A DNA stretch of 64,000 nt, taken from Sulfurimonas sp. (GTDB taxonomy: Bacteria > Campylobacterota > Campylobacteria > Campylobacterales > Sulfurimonadaceae). This document shows positions 9,162 to 19,431 of the stretch, piece by piece. The stretch is from assembly GCF_041563035.1 (NCBI RefSeq), contig NZ_JBFFNS010000013.1, forward strand, positions 9,353 through 73,352, read 5' to 3'. The notes beneath the pieces were generated by a model. The model searched no databases. It was not told the origin of the DNA and saw nothing but the letters and a program-made list of their open reading frames with translations. Both the position numbers and the translations under genes were made by a program. Position 1 is the stretch's first letter; each line of letters starts with the position of its first letter.

Positions 9162-9190
9162 ATTATAGTCAATAACTTTTGAAATGTCAA
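9162..9190 (-). promoter_or_regulatory. Sigma70 promoter of the tRNA operon
   Basis: Perfect TTGACA (9190-9185), 17-bp spacer, TATAAT (9167-9162), followed by a GC-rich discriminator TTCGCCTC. Confidence 0.88.
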
Positions 9191-9263
9191 TGCTTTTTTG
9201 ACAATTCTTTCATATATTTTAATTTTCTAGTATAATTGCTTCGATTTAAGGGGAATATTACAT

Positions 9264-10601
9264 ATGAAAATAGCTAGATTTAGTAGAATTGGGTTTATTT
9301 TAGCAGCTGCTGGGAGTGCAGTTGGGCTTGGTAATATTTGGAAATTTCCATATATTGCAGGTGAGTATGGTGGTGGAGCATTTGTTCTAATATATCTTAT
9401 TACAGTTTTACTCATCGGCTTTTCAATAATGATAGCTGAGATGTTAATAGGATACATGGGAAGAAAAGATGGAGTCACATCTTTTGAAGATTTGGCACCT
9501 AAACACAAACATATTTGGAAATATGGAGGCTTTCAAGGGCTAGCCGGTCTTTTTATTATGATTTTCTATTCTGTCGTTATTGGATGGATATTTCATTATA
9601 TAGTCACATCCCTATCTTCTCTTCCTGCTACAGTCGAAGAAGCTGAAACTACATTCAACGCTATGCTTCATACGGACATCTGGACACAACTCTTTTATCA
9701 TACAATTGCATTTATATGGATAACTCACGTTTTAACAAGAGGTATTAAAGGCGGGATTGAAAAAGTAAATATGGTTTTAATGCCGACTCTTATGATTATT
9801 TTACTAGGAATGTTTGCCTATGCCACTACACTTGACTCATTTGCTAGAGCAGTTAGTTTTATGTTTGAACCAGATTGGTCTAAGATAGACTCTGAGGCTT
9901 TTGTAACTGCTGTTGGTCATGCCTTCTTTACTCTTTCCCTTGGTATGGGTGCAATAATGACTTACTCAGCTTCTATGGAGAAAAATTCTAATCTTGTCCA
10001 AAATGCTTTTTGGGTAGTATTTTTAGATACTACCATAGCCATTGTGGCAGGACTTATGCTTTTTACATTTCTTTATCAATATGGAGCAGGCCCCGCAAAA
10101 GGTCCTGGTTTAGTTTTCATCTCACTTCCTGCTGCTTTTTATGAGATGGGAATTATTGGTAATTTCTTTGCCGTCTTATTCTTCTTAGCTCTTGCCTTTG
10201 CAGGTCTTACATCTTCCGTATCTCTAGTTGAGCCCATGGTTCAGTACTTTATAGACAGATTTGCTTGGAGTAGATTAAAGTCTTCTGTCGCAATGGGTCT
10301 ATTCTTCTATCTTATAGGTATCATTGCCCTACTCTCAAACATAGATGGATATAAAGAAGCTCTTACATTCGGAGATAAAAACTTCTTTGACTGGGTTGAT
10401 CATTTTACAGCTGCTGTCATGCTTCCTCTTGGTGGACTGATTATGGCGCTGTTTGTGGGTTTTGTTATTGAGAAACAGAGAGTAGAATCAATCTTGAAAC
10501 CTCAGTTGGGCTTTGCATTTGAAGCTTGGTACTTCTCACTTCGCTATATCACACCAATAGCTATGTTTATAGTTATGTTATCTTTAATGGGAATTTTATA
10601 A
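9264..10601 (+). CDS. Sodium-dependent transporter, NSS/SNF family
   Basis: GSAVGLGNIWKFPY, GGGAF, FFTLSLGMG and GPGLVF motifs; multiple TM helices. Confidence 0.92.
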   Translation: MKIARFSRIGFILAAAGSAVGLGNIWKFPYIAGEYGGGAFVLIYLITVLLIGFSIMIAEMLIGYMGRKDGVTSFEDLAPKHKHIWKYGGFQGLAGLFIMIFYSVVIGWIFHYIVTSLSSLPATVEEAETTFNAMLHTDIWTQLFYHTIAFIWITHVLTRGIKGGIEKVNMVLMPTLMIILLGMFAYATTLDSFARAVSFMFEPDWSKIDSEAFVTAVGHAFFTLSLGMGAIMTYSASMEKNSNLVQNAFWVVFLDTTIAIVAGLMLFTFLYQYGAGPAKGPGLVFISLPAAFYEMGIIGNFFAVLFFLALAFAGLTSSVSLVEPMVQYFIDRFAWSRLKSSVAMGLFFYLIGIIALLSNIDGYKEALTFGDKNFFDWVDHFTAAVMLPLGGLIMALFVGFVIEKQRVESILKPQLGFAFEAWYFSLRYITPIAMFIVMLSLMGIL

Positions 10602-10603
10602 TT

Positions 10604-10879
10604 ATGGATCAGATTACAAGACAGTGCAAACAGATACTAATAGATGAAGGAATAGATGCAAATTCTACTATAGATTTTGATGTAAACGGAGAAGTTCATA
10701 GCATGACTTTTGAGTATATTATTGATACATTTATGCAAGCTTCTCAAGAGTCTCAGTTGGTTTTTTATGCTGCCCTGCAAAAAGCATTGGATGCTAAAGA
10801 TATGGGAGTTGATAAATTCTTTGAAGGCATGGGACAACTTCTGTTAATGACACATTTGTCAAAGAATATTGAAATTTAA
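10604..10879 (+). CDS. Hypothetical protein (91 aa)
   Basis: ATG at 10604, 3 nt after the transporter stop, is preferred to the overlapping ORF-track start. No recognised motif. Confidence 0.6.
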   Translation: MDQITRQCKQILIDEGIDANSTIDFDVNGEVHSMTFEYIIDTFMQASQESQLVFYAALQKALDAKDMGVDKFFEGMGQLLLMTHLSKNIEI

Positions 10880-10915
10880 GAAGAAGTGATTTAACTATTT
10901 GTTAAAATTAGTCTA

Positions 10916-12535
10916 ATGAGTAATTTTAACAAATATATGGCACTTGTTGCTCTTTTTATCATATCAGTATTTTCTCTATTCTACCCTATCGATATTTTTA
11001 GCGAAAAAGGGGTGGAGCTACAAAAACAGATACTCGTGAATCAAGCCCAAACACACTTTCAAGACCAAGTAAATACTAGGAAATGGGTTGCAAAATACGG
11101 TGGAGTCTATATCAAGCCTCTAGAGGGTGAAAAACCTAACCAGTATCTTCCCGACAACACTCTGTATGTAGATGAAAATCTGACACTTTTTAAAGTAAAC
11201 CCAGCATGGTTAACTAGACAACTATCAGAAATAGCAGACATTAAAGATTTTCACTTCCGCATAACAAGCCTTATACCAATAAATCCAAATAACAAAGCAA
11301 CCCCATTTGAAGAAAGAGCATTAAAGTATATTGATAGAACAGGAGAAAAAGAGTACTACGAAATAAATGAAGAATCCGATTTTGAATATATGGGAGCATT
11401 AGTCACCACTAAAGCCTGTCTTCCATGTCACGAACATCAAGGCTATAAACTCGGTGATGTAAGAGGTGGTATTAGTGTCAGTTTAAGTACTACAGAGTTT
11501 AAAACTGTTACGGCTTCTATAAAAAATAGAGCAATAATTTTAAAAATATTTGTACTATTTTTCCTACTGAGCATCATGCTACTAATATATAAACAATTAA
11601 AACACAGTGAAAAACTACAAAGTGAAGTTAACCGCAGAACAAAAGAGATAGAGTCTACTAAACAACTTCTACAGCAGATTATTGACACAGATGCCAGCTT
11701 TATTGTGCTTGCTGATGGAAAGAATATTATCTATGCTAACAAAACTATACTTGAGTTTGCCGGGTATACATCTATCGAAGAGTTTAGAGAAAAGCATGAA
11801 TACCTGTCTGATATGTTTGAGAAAGTAGAAGACAACAATAGTTTCATCCAAACATACAATGATGGTGTTCACTGGATTGAATATGTAAGAAGAGAACAAG
11901 ACTCTCAAAAGCTAAAAGTTCGTATAGAAAAAGATGGAGAACATAGGTACTTCAGACCTTATGCTAAAGATATAAAAACAGATGATAAAGTACTATATCT
12001 AGTAACTTTCGACGAAATAACAAATGAGTATGTAAAGATTAAAGAACTTGAGCATATGGCTTCAACCGATGTTTTAACAAAACTATTTAACAGAAGTAAG
12101 CTAAACGATGTTTTAGAGAAAGAGATGGCACTCTCAAGTACTATTTCATCACCTCTCTCCATAATTTTTATTGATATAGACCATTTTAAAGATGTAAATG
12201 ACACCTATGGACATGATGTTGGAGACAAAGTACTAATTGATATCGCGAATATTATCAGTTCCAGCACTAGAGCAAGTGATATAGCAGCCAGATGGGGTGG
12301 AGAAGAGTTTATGATTACTTTACAATCTACGGATACTGCTCACGCCTCAATCCTCGCAGAAAAACTCAGAGCTACCGTAGAAGAGTACACTTTTGCTATC
12401 GTTGGAAAGTTAACGATATCACTTGGTGTTACAGAGTATATGAATAATGAAAGTGAAGAAACATTTATTAAAAGAGTTGACAAAGCACTTTATGAAGCAA
12501 AAGAAAGCGGTAGGAACAGAGTAGTTATTAAATAG
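10916..12535 (+). CDS. Diguanylate cyclase with periplasmic c-type heme sensor (DUF3365/Tll0287-like)
   Basis: YGGVY, NPAW, FRITSLIPINPNN, CLPCH heme motif, GDVRGGISV; two TM helices; C-terminal RWGGEEF. Confidence 0.88.
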   Translation: MSNFNKYMALVALFIISVFSLFYPIDIFSEKGVELQKQILVNQAQTHFQDQVNTRKWVAKYGGVYIKPLEGEKPNQYLPDNTLYVDENLTLFKVNPAWLTRQLSEIADIKDFHFRITSLIPINPNNKATPFEERALKYIDRTGEKEYYEINEESDFEYMGALVTTKACLPCHEHQGYKLGDVRGGISVSLSTTEFKTVTASIKNRAIILKIFVLFFLLSIMLLIYKQLKHSEKLQSEVNRRTKEIESTKQLLQQIIDTDASFIVLADGKNIIYANKTILEFAGYTSIEEFREKHEYLSDMFEKVEDNNSFIQTYNDGVHWIEYVRREQDSQKLKVRIEKDGEHRYFRPYAKDIKTDDKVLYLVTFDEITNEYVKIKELEHMASTDVLTKLFNRSKLNDVLEKEMALSSTISSPLSIIFIDIDHFKDVNDTYGHDVGDKVLIDIANIISSSTRASDIAARWGGEEFMITLQSTDTAHASILAEKLRATVEEYTFAIVGKLTISLGVTEYMNNESEETFIKRVDKALYEAKESGRNRVVIK

Positions 12536-12563
12536 CCTCTAATGACTCAAAAGGAATAAACTC

Positions 12564-12668
12564 TAACTCCAAAGGAGTTAATCTTTTAGGAATGCTAACC
12601 AATGGCATTCTCCACGATGAGTGGGCACAGTGTCCCAAACGAAGCTAAAGGGACTTTGTTCCTTTAGC
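12564..12668. repeat. Cluster of consecutive hairpins (REP/BIME-like mosaic) between convergent genes
   Basis: TAACTCC/GGAGTTA, GAATGC/GCATTC, CCAC/GTGG, GGGCA/TGTCC (with a G-U pair) and GCTAAAGG/CCTTTAGC stems within ~105 bp. Confidence 0.65.
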
Positions 12669-12671
12669 GGA

Positions 12672-13451
12672 CTAGAATTGTATCATTCCATCGATTGGAG
12701 AAGATGCTGTAGCATATGGACGCTTAGGTATTCTACCGGAGAGATAAGACATACGACCGGCCTGAACTGCATGTTTCATAGCCTGAGCCATAATCATAGG
12801 GTTTTGAGCTTGAGCTATTGCAGTGTTCGTTAAAACACCTGCTGCGCCTAACTCCATCGCATAAGCTGCATCTGAAGCACAGCCGATTCCAGCATCTACG
12901 ATTACAGGTACACTTACAGCTTCACGAATGAAAACTATGTTGTAAGGGTTTTGAATACCAAGACCTGAACCAATTGGAGCAGCTAAAGGCATGATTGCAT
13001 GAGAACCTGCATCTTCAAGTCTTTTTGCCATAATCGGATCATCAGAAGTATAAGACATAATAGTAAAACCGTCTTTTGCTAAGATCTCACAAGCTTTGAT
13101 AGTCTCTAAGACATCAGGGTAAAGAGTTTTTTGAGTATCTCCGATAACTTCTAGTTTAATAAGATCAATCCCCGTAGCCTCACGCATCAAACGAAATGTT
13201 GTAATAGCTTCTTCAGCCGTAACACATCCTGCAGAGTTTGGCAAAAATTTTACATTTGTTCCAGCAAATGTATCACGAAGATTTTCTTTATCAGGATCTG
13301 TAATATTCAAACGACGAACAGCAACGGTGATTAGTTCACTTCCAGATGCAAGAGTTGCTTCTTTTGTAGTTTCAAAAGAATCATATTTTCCACTACCAAC
13401 AATCAGGCGAGAACCTAGTTCATATTTTCCAATTTTTAAGATATTATCCAT
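12672..13451 (-). CDS. thiG: Thiazole synthase
   Basis: [43 protein letters not shown] and VDAGIG motifs. Confidence 0.97.
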   Translation of the reverse strand: MDNILKIGKYELGSRLIVGSGKYDSFETTKEATLASGSELITVAVRRLNITDPDKENLRDTFAGTNVKFLPNSAGCVTAEEAITTFRLMREATGIDLIKLEVIGDTQKTLYPDVLETIKACEILAKDGFTIMSYTSDDPIMAKRLEDAGSHAIMPLAAPIGSGLGIQNPYNIVFIREAVSVPVIVDAGIGCASDAAYAMELGAAGVLTNTAIAQAQNPMIMAQAMKHAVQAGRMSYLSGRIPKRPYATASSPIDGMIQF

Positions 13452-13551
13452 TTCTTATATTCCTTAATTTTACACTTCTTTTTACTTAGCATATTGCCAC
13501 AGCACTTTTGTGCTGTTTATTATTAATGATTGATTTATATCATAAGCTATC

Positions 13552-14913
13552 TTATAAGTTGCCAATTCCATTAATCAAATCATCCGGCGTAAGAGAAAAA
13601 TCAGCACCCTTGTAACTTTGTGCTAATCTAGTGTGTGCAAGAGAAGCATTTATCGCTGCTTCGAGAGGCTCATAACCTTGTGCTAAAAGTGCTCCTATAA
13701 GCCCACTTAGTACATCTCCACTTCCACCTTTTGCAAGAGCGGATGTACCATGAGGATTTATGAAAAACTCACCATTTTTAGCGATGATTACATTTGCACC
13801 TTTTAAAAGAAGTGTGCTTTCAGGATAAGCTTTAGTAAAAATCTCTACGTATTTAAAGCGGTCTTTTTGTAACTCTTCAACACTTAGATCTGCAAGCTCA
13901 GTACGTTTTAAAAGAGCTACAAACTCTTTTGCATGTGGAGTTAAAACAACATTTTTTCTTTTTAAAATCTCTATGATTATAGGCATATGAAAGATATCAG
14001 CATCTGCGATAAGAGGCAGAGAATTATTTAAAAATTTATCTAACTCTTTATCGCTAAACTCATCGCCTAGTCCCATACCAATAGCTAAAGCTGTTGTATT
14101 ATGAGGGAGTTCATGAGAGTACATAATACTGTGAGGTATCTGCTCATTTTCATAACCCACAAGAGTAACAAGTCCTGATCCAAACCTAAGAGCAGCTCTA
14201 GCACTTAAGATGCTCGCACCACTCTTACTTCCACAAGCTAAACCCAAGTGCCCAAAACTACCTTTATGAGTGTTTTTAAGTGCTCTTGTTGGAAGTTTTA
14301 AATCTTTTTCATCTAATAGATTCCAGTTTGTATAACGCTCATAAATATCTCTACTGATCCCGAGATCTAAAACTTCGATCTTTCCTACAAACTCTTTAGC
14401 TTCATCTAAAAACATAGACTTTTTTAAAGCACCCATAGTTAAAGTAACATCCGCATAAAAACCCGAAGATGGAACATCACAAGCTATTTTAAAAGAATCT
14501 AAGCTATTTAATTTTTTTACTAGTTCTTTTAAATCTGTACTGAATTCACCACTAAAACCAGTACCGACAATAGCATCTATCAAAACATCAGATGCAACTA
14601 TCTCAGTAAACTCTTTTACACCTATAGCACGTGAACGTTTTTGTTGAAGAAGTGCCATTTTTGATTTTGGCTCTTTTGCGTAGTAGATGCTAACATCGAA
14701 ATCACCATGAAGAAGTCTTGCACAGGCAATACCATCTGCACCATTGTTACCGCTTCCACAGACAACAGTTACTTTTGAGTTTTTTGCAAAGTTCTCTCTA
14801 ATATAAGAAGCCATACCATTAGCAGCATGTTCCATCAAAACATCTTCTGTCAGTTCAAACTCTTCGTAACACCTTCTATCTAGTGAACCTACTTCTTCAA
14901 ACAACTTTTGCAT
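13552..14913 (-). CDS. nnr: Bifunctional NAD(P)HX epimerase/dehydratase (YjeF)
   Basis: LMEHAA, CGSGNNGADG, DAIVGTG, HKGSFG, LTPHAKEF and KGGSGDVLSG motifs. Confidence 0.93.
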   Translation of the reverse strand: MQKLFEEVGSLDRRCYEEFELTEDVLMEHAANGMASYIRENFAKNSKVTVVCGSGNNGADGIACARLLHGDFDVSIYYAKEPKSKMALLQQKRSRAIGVKEFTEIVASDVLIDAIVGTGFSGEFSTDLKELVKKLNSLDSFKIACDVPSSGFYADVTLTMGALKKSMFLDEAKEFVGKIEVLDLGISRDIYERYTNWNLLDEKDLKLPTRALKNTHKGSFGHLGLACGSKSGASILSARAALRFGSGLVTLVGYENEQIPHSIMYSHELPHNTTALAIGMGLGDEFSDKELDKFLNNSLPLIADADIFHMPIIIEILKRKNVVLTPHAKEFVALLKRTELADLSVEELQKDRFKYVEIFTKAYPESTLLLKGANVIIAKNGEFFINPHGTSALAKGGSGDVLSGLIGALLAQGYEPLEAAINASLAHTRLAQSYKGADFSLTPDDLINGIGNL

Positions 14914-14915
14914 CT

Positions 14916-15470
14916 TTAATCCTCTAAAACACTCACTATAGCCTGTGGCATTATTTCATATTCAATATTCTTGATTTTAGCAGAAAAACTCTCTAATGTC
15001 TCATTTTCTACTCTGAGAAAACTCTTTTGCAAGATGACTTCACCACCGTCAAGCTCACTGCTTACATAGTGAACACTTACTCCACACTCTGCGTCCCCAC
15101 TCTCAAAACTTCTCTCTATGGCTTTTGCACCTTTGAACTTTGGAAGCAGAGATGGATGCAGGTTTATAGCTTTCATATTTGACGTAAAAACATCACTCAA
15201 AATTCTCATAAATCCACTCAAAACTACCAAGTCAGGCTCATAAGAGTTTACAAGTTTTACAAGTTCGGCATCAAAATCTTCTCTTGAGTTAAAATTTGTA
15301 TGCTCCAATACATCTGTTTTTATTGATAACTCTTTGAGTTTATCAAGACCTTTTGCATCTCTTTTATTTGTAATTCCACACACTACATAACACTCTTTGT
15401 TATGCAGTTCTTTCACGATGTTTTGGGCATTAAAACCATCACCGCTAAATAATAATACTATCTTTTTCAT
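14916..15470 (-). CDS. purN: Phosphoribosylglycinamide formyltransferase
   Basis: LFSGDGFN, LSGFMRIL, INLHPSLLPKFKG and GVSVHYV..ELDGG motifs. Confidence 0.95.
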   Translation of the reverse strand: MKKIVLLFSGDGFNAQNIVKELHNKECYVVCGITNKRDAKGLDKLKELSIKTDVLEHTNFNSREDFDAELVKLVNSYEPDLVVLSGFMRILSDVFTSNMKAINLHPSLLPKFKGAKAIERSFESGDAECGVSVHYVSSELDGGEVILQKSFLRVENETLESFSAKIKNIEYEIMPQAIVSVLED

Positions 15471-15596
15471 ACGCGAATTATATCCAATGAAGATAAGAAA
15501 AAAAACAAGTTTTTTGGATTCTAAAAATTCATACAGAAAAAGTTAATAAAAAAGCTGTACAATTATTGAAAATTATTATAAAACAGAAGGAATAAT

Positions 15597-16100
15597 ATGA
15601 AAGCTACAAAGGTAATCTTGATTTTACTTATAAGCGTATCTGCTCTATTTGGTGCGGATATTGTTAAGATTGAACGAATGAGTATGGAGTTAGCGATGGA
15701 AGTCGCTAAGAAGTCAGTAGAGAGTTGCCGTAAAAAAGGCTACTGGGTTAGTGCAGTTGTAGTTGACAGAAGTGCAAATGTTCAAGTGACTCTACGTGAT
15801 ACTCATGCAGCTCGTTTTACAATGGAGATTGCCGAACAAAAAGCAAATCTTGTAATTATGTCAGGAATTAACAGCTCTGATTTTGTTCCTGCCCGTAGTG
15901 ATATTCGTAATGAACTTAATAACATAAGTGGCTTGATAATGATGCGCGGAGGAGTAGCTGTTAAGTCAGGAGATATAATACTTGGTGCAGTCGGTGTCAG
16001 CGGTGCTCCAGGTGGGGACATAGATGCTGCTTGTGCACAAGAAGCACTTAAATCACTTGAAGAAAGACTTGCTTTTGCTTCAATGAATGATGGCGACTAA
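15597..16100 (+). CDS. GlcG/HbpS family heme-binding protein with signal peptide
   Basis: VSAVVVDRS, AEQKA and GGVAVK..GAVGVSGAPGGDID..CA motifs. Confidence 0.88.
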   Translation: MKATKVILILLISVSALFGADIVKIERMSMELAMEVAKKSVESCRKKGYWVSAVVVDRSANVQVTLRDTHAARFTMEIAEQKANLVIMSGINSSDFVPARSDIRNELNNISGLIMMRGGVAVKSGDIILGAVGVSGAPGGDIDAACAQEALKSLEERLAFASMNDGD

Positions 16101-16155
16101 AATAGCTATCTGTTTACAAAATGCCAATATAAGCAAAAAACGATATAATCACGTT

Positions 16156-17118
16156 ATGAATTATAAAGAGATTGCACAAGAAACTTTAAATATTGAAGCA
16201 CAGACACTACTTTTAGCATCACAAAACATGGGCGATGTCTTTGACAAAGCCGTTGAAATGATTCTTGCATGTAAAGGAAAGCTTATAGTTACCGGTGTTG
16301 GTAAAAGCGGACTTATAGGTGCCAAAATGGCAGCTACTTTCGCGTCAACCGGAACTCCAAGTTTTTTCCTCCACCCTACTGAAGCACTGCATGGTGACTT
16401 AGGTATGATTAGTGAAAATGACGTAGTTATTGCAATAAGTTACAGCGGAGAAAGTGAAGAACTCAGTTCTATTTTACCTCATATCAAAAGATTTAAAACA
16501 CCTCTTATCGGAATGACAAGAAATCAAAACTCGACGCTGGGAAAATATAGCGATGTGGTTATTGATGTTATTGTAGAAAAAGAGGCTTGTCCGCTTGATA
16601 TAGCACCTACAAGTTCTACTACACTTACTTTAGCACTGGGCGATGCTTTGGCAGTTTGTCTGATGAAGGCAAGAGACTTTAAAAAGAGCGACTTTGCTTC
16701 TTTTCACCCTGGTGGTGCCTTAGGTAAAATGCTGTTTGTAAAGGTAAGTGATCTTATGAAAAAAGACAACTTGCCAATAGTCTCAAAAGATACAAAAGTA
16801 AAAGATGCGATTGTTAAAATCAGCGAAGGTCGTTTAGGTACGGTTCTTGTAGCAGATGAAGACAACTGCCTGATAGCTCTTGTTAGTGACGGTGATATCC
16901 GTCGTGCTCTTTTGCAAGATGACTTTTCACTTGAAGACAATGTTTTAAAATATGCAACTCAAAATCCAAGAACTTTAGATGATGAAAATATTCTTGCAAG
17001 TGAAGCACTTGTGATCATCGAAGAGATGAAGATACAACTTTTAGTAGTAACAGACAAAAATAAAAAGATAAAAGGCGTACTACACATTCATACGCTGATT
17101 GAAAAAGGCATATCATAA
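16156..17118 (+). CDS. kdsD: Arabinose-5-phosphate isomerase (KpsF/GutQ, SIS + 2 CBS)
   Basis: GVGKSG, HPTEALHGDLG, EACP..APTSST and HPGG motifs. ATG at 16156 is preferred as the start. Confidence 0.93.
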   Translation: MNYKEIAQETLNIEAQTLLLASQNMGDVFDKAVEMILACKGKLIVTGVGKSGLIGAKMAATFASTGTPSFFLHPTEALHGDLGMISENDVVIAISYSGESEELSSILPHIKRFKTPLIGMTRNQNSTLGKYSDVVIDVIVEKEACPLDIAPTSSTTLTLALGDALAVCLMKARDFKKSDFASFHPGGALGKMLFVKVSDLMKKDNLPIVSKDTKVKDAIVKISEGRLGTVLVADEDNCLIALVSDGDIRRALLQDDFSLEDNVLKYATQNPRTLDDENILASEALVIIEEMKIQLLVVTDKNKKIKGVLHIHTLIEKGIS

Positions 17119-17906
17119 TGATGCGATTAAACAAGTACATAGCACACCATTCAAGCTACTCTCGTCGTGAAGCGGATAAAGCTATCTTAGATGGTTATGT
17201 AAGAATAAATGGAGAGATTCAGGATAATCCTGCAACTCAGGTAGACGAAAAAGATGACATAGTTTATGTTAGCGGAAAGCAAATTACTCCAAGAGACAAA
17301 TATACGGTTATAGTTTACAACAAACCAAAAGGAGAGTTGGTAACAAAGACTGATCCTAGAGGTAGAAGAACTATATATGATGGTTTAGAGAGCAAATACA
17401 AACACTTCATCCCTGTTGGCAGACTTGATTACGCAACTGAAGGTGTTTTACTATTAACAGATGCTTCAAAAATAGCAACTGCACTAATGGACTCGAACCT
17501 TGAGAGAATTTACAAAGTAAAGATTAAAGGCGAAGTAACTCCTGAGATGGAAGCTGCTATGATGAACGGTTTAGAGCTTATGGATGCAACTGCCGGTGGG
17601 CACTCTCACTCAAAAGTAACTTCTATGACTTTTTCACCTTTTCTAGGTTACAAAATTCAAAAAAATGAGCATAACTACTCAATCCTAAAAATAGCAATTT
17701 CTGAGGGTAAAAATAGAGAAATCAGAAGATTTTTTGCACACTTCGGTACTGAAGTGGCTGACCTTAAACGTATCAGTTTTGCAGAAGTTGAGCTAAATAA
17801 CCTTCCTACAGGAAAAACTAGATTTTTAAGCAGAAGTGAATATTCTGCTCTATTTACTTTCATGAAAGCTGAAGAAAAGTTAGCAAGAGAGAAAGGGAAA
17901 AAATAG
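17118..17906 (+). CDS. rluB: rRNA pseudouridine synthase (RluB/RsuA family)
   Basis: S4 domain (SRREAD), YNKPKG, VGRLDYATEG catalytic motif, EGKNREIRR. Confidence 0.82.
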   Translation: MMRLNKYIAHHSSYSRREADKAILDGYVRINGEIQDNPATQVDEKDDIVYVSGKQITPRDKYTVIVYNKPKGELVTKTDPRGRRTIYDGLESKYKHFIPVGRLDYATEGVLLLTDASKIATALMDSNLERIYKVKIKGEVTPEMEAAMMNGLELMDATAGGHSHSKVTSMTFSPFLGYKIQKNEHNYSILKIAISEGKNREIRRFFAHFGTEVADLKRISFAEVELNNLPTGKTRFLSRSEYSALFTFMKAEEKLAREKGKK

Positions 17907-17907
17907 C

Positions 17908-19095
17908 TTGGACTTTACACATCTTCTCAGACCAACTGCGTTTGATGACTTAGTAGGCCAAGAACACTTAAGCTCTCAAAATTCTCCACTAAGAATTTTA
18001 TGTGAAAAATTTGCATTGGGACATAGTTTTTTCTATGGTCCTGCAGGTTGTGGAAAAACTTCCATAGCTAGAATAATCGCTAAAACTATGGACTTGCCAT
18101 TTTATGAGTTCAATGCAACTTCTATCAAAATAGAACAACTTCGTAAAATATTTGACCAATACAAAAACACTCTACAAAAACCCCTACTTTTTATAGATGA
18201 GGTACATAGACTTGCAAAGAACCAACAAGAAGTCCTACTTCCTGTGATGGAAAACAACTCTGTTTTAGTTATCGGTGCTTCTACTGAAAACCCATTCTTC
18301 TCTCTGACTTCAGCAATCCGTTCACGATCTATGCTTTTTGAATTAAAGCATATTAATAACGAAGCACTATCAACTCTCTTACAAAAAGCTATAGAACATG
18401 CTAATTTAGCAGTTGAGGAAGACGCAAAAGAGTATCTTATTGCCAGTAGTGGAGGAGACGCAAGAGCGATGCTAAAGCTTCTAGAATTTGCATCTAATAT
18501 CGATACGATAATCACTCTTGAGATCTTAAAATCCCTTCGACCAAATGCTCTTAGTGCAGGAAGCAGTGAGGCAGGTGTTCACTATGATCTTGCTAGTGCT
18601 CTTATTAAATCAATAAGAGGCTCAGATGCGGATGCAGCTATTTACTATCTTGCACGTCTTATAGATGGAGGAGAGAGTGCTGACTTTATTGCAAGAAGAC
18701 TTGTCATTTTAGCCAGCGAAGATGTAGGAAATGCAAATCCGCAGGCCCTAACACTAACAACTTCTGCGCTAACAAGTGTCTCAAAAATAGGTTACCCTGA
18801 AGCTAGAATTATTTTAGCTCAAGCTGTAATATATCTCTGTGCATCTCCAAAATCAAACTCAGCATACTTAGCTATAAACTCAGCACTCAAAGCAGTTAAT
18901 GACGGAATAATGCTAGATATTCCAACAAATATAACACAAAGAAATGAGAATTATCTATATCCTCATGATTTTGGTGGTTATATAAAACAAACTTATCTCT
19001 CAAAGCCATTGAAATTTGTAGAGTTAAAAGAGATTGGCTATGAGAAAAAGATGAAAGAATGGATGCTAAACATCAAGGGTTTTATAAAAGATTAA
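17908..19095 (+). CDS. rarA: Replication-associated recombination protein A (AAA+)
   Basis: GPAGCGKT, FIDEVHR, ASTENP, SALIKSIRGSD and ASEDVGNA motifs. Confidence 0.93.
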   Translation: MDFTHLLRPTAFDDLVGQEHLSSQNSPLRILCEKFALGHSFFYGPAGCGKTSIARIIAKTMDLPFYEFNATSIKIEQLRKIFDQYKNTLQKPLLFIDEVHRLAKNQQEVLLPVMENNSVLVIGASTENPFFSLTSAIRSRSMLFELKHINNEALSTLLQKAIEHANLAVEEDAKEYLIASSGGDARAMLKLLEFASNIDTIITLEILKSLRPNALSAGSSEAGVHYDLASALIKSIRGSDADAAIYYLARLIDGGESADFIARRLVILASEDVGNANPQALTLTTSALTSVSKIGYPEARIILAQAVIYLCASPKSNSAYLAINSALKAVNDGIMLDIPTNITQRNENYLYPHDFGGYIKQTYLSKPLKFVELKEIGYEKKMKEWMLNIKGFIKD

Positions 19096-19142
19096 TCATT
19101 AACATTATAAACTATGCAGTATAATAACAAGGAGTTCTACCT

Positions 19143-19430
19143 ATGGAAATCACATCATCTTCGAACACTATCAACATCACAGGAAATATAAAAAGTATTA
19201 ATAATTTTTCTGAAATTAAAAACCTAATTGATAGTGTAGTAACTCAGCATAAAAGCATAACTATAAATATAATAGATTCTCTTTCTATTACGTCTTCTGT
19301 AATTGGATATTTCAACAAACTTATTTTAAAAGACAATATAAATATAGAGATGCGTATAGGTAATGATCAACTTATGCATCTGCTTACTGACCTAAATCTA
19401 GCATCTACTTTTAAGGCAAGGAAGGCATAG
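19143..19430 (+). CDS. STAS-domain protein (anti-sigma-factor antagonist-like)
   Basis: 95 aa beta/alpha pattern with ITSSVIG, matching the STAS DSSGLG phospho-serine loop; AAGGAG RBS. Confidence 0.7.
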   Translation: MEITSSSNTINITGNIKSINNFSEIKNLIDSVVTQHKSITINIIDSLSITSSVIGYFNKLILKDNINIEMRIGNDQLMHLLTDLNLASTFKARKA

Positions 19431-19431
19431 A

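Noticed and set aside
13480-13520. Minus-strand sequence that can read ...QKCCG, like a SEC-C motif remnant
   Set aside because: No start, RBS or sustained frame; the same bases form the hairpin, so this is probably coincidence.
13452-13551. Possible TPP riboswitch upstream of thiG
   Set aside because: No CTGAGA or TGATC/GCGTAGGGA-type TPP core; only an ACAGCAC/GTGCTGT hairpin.
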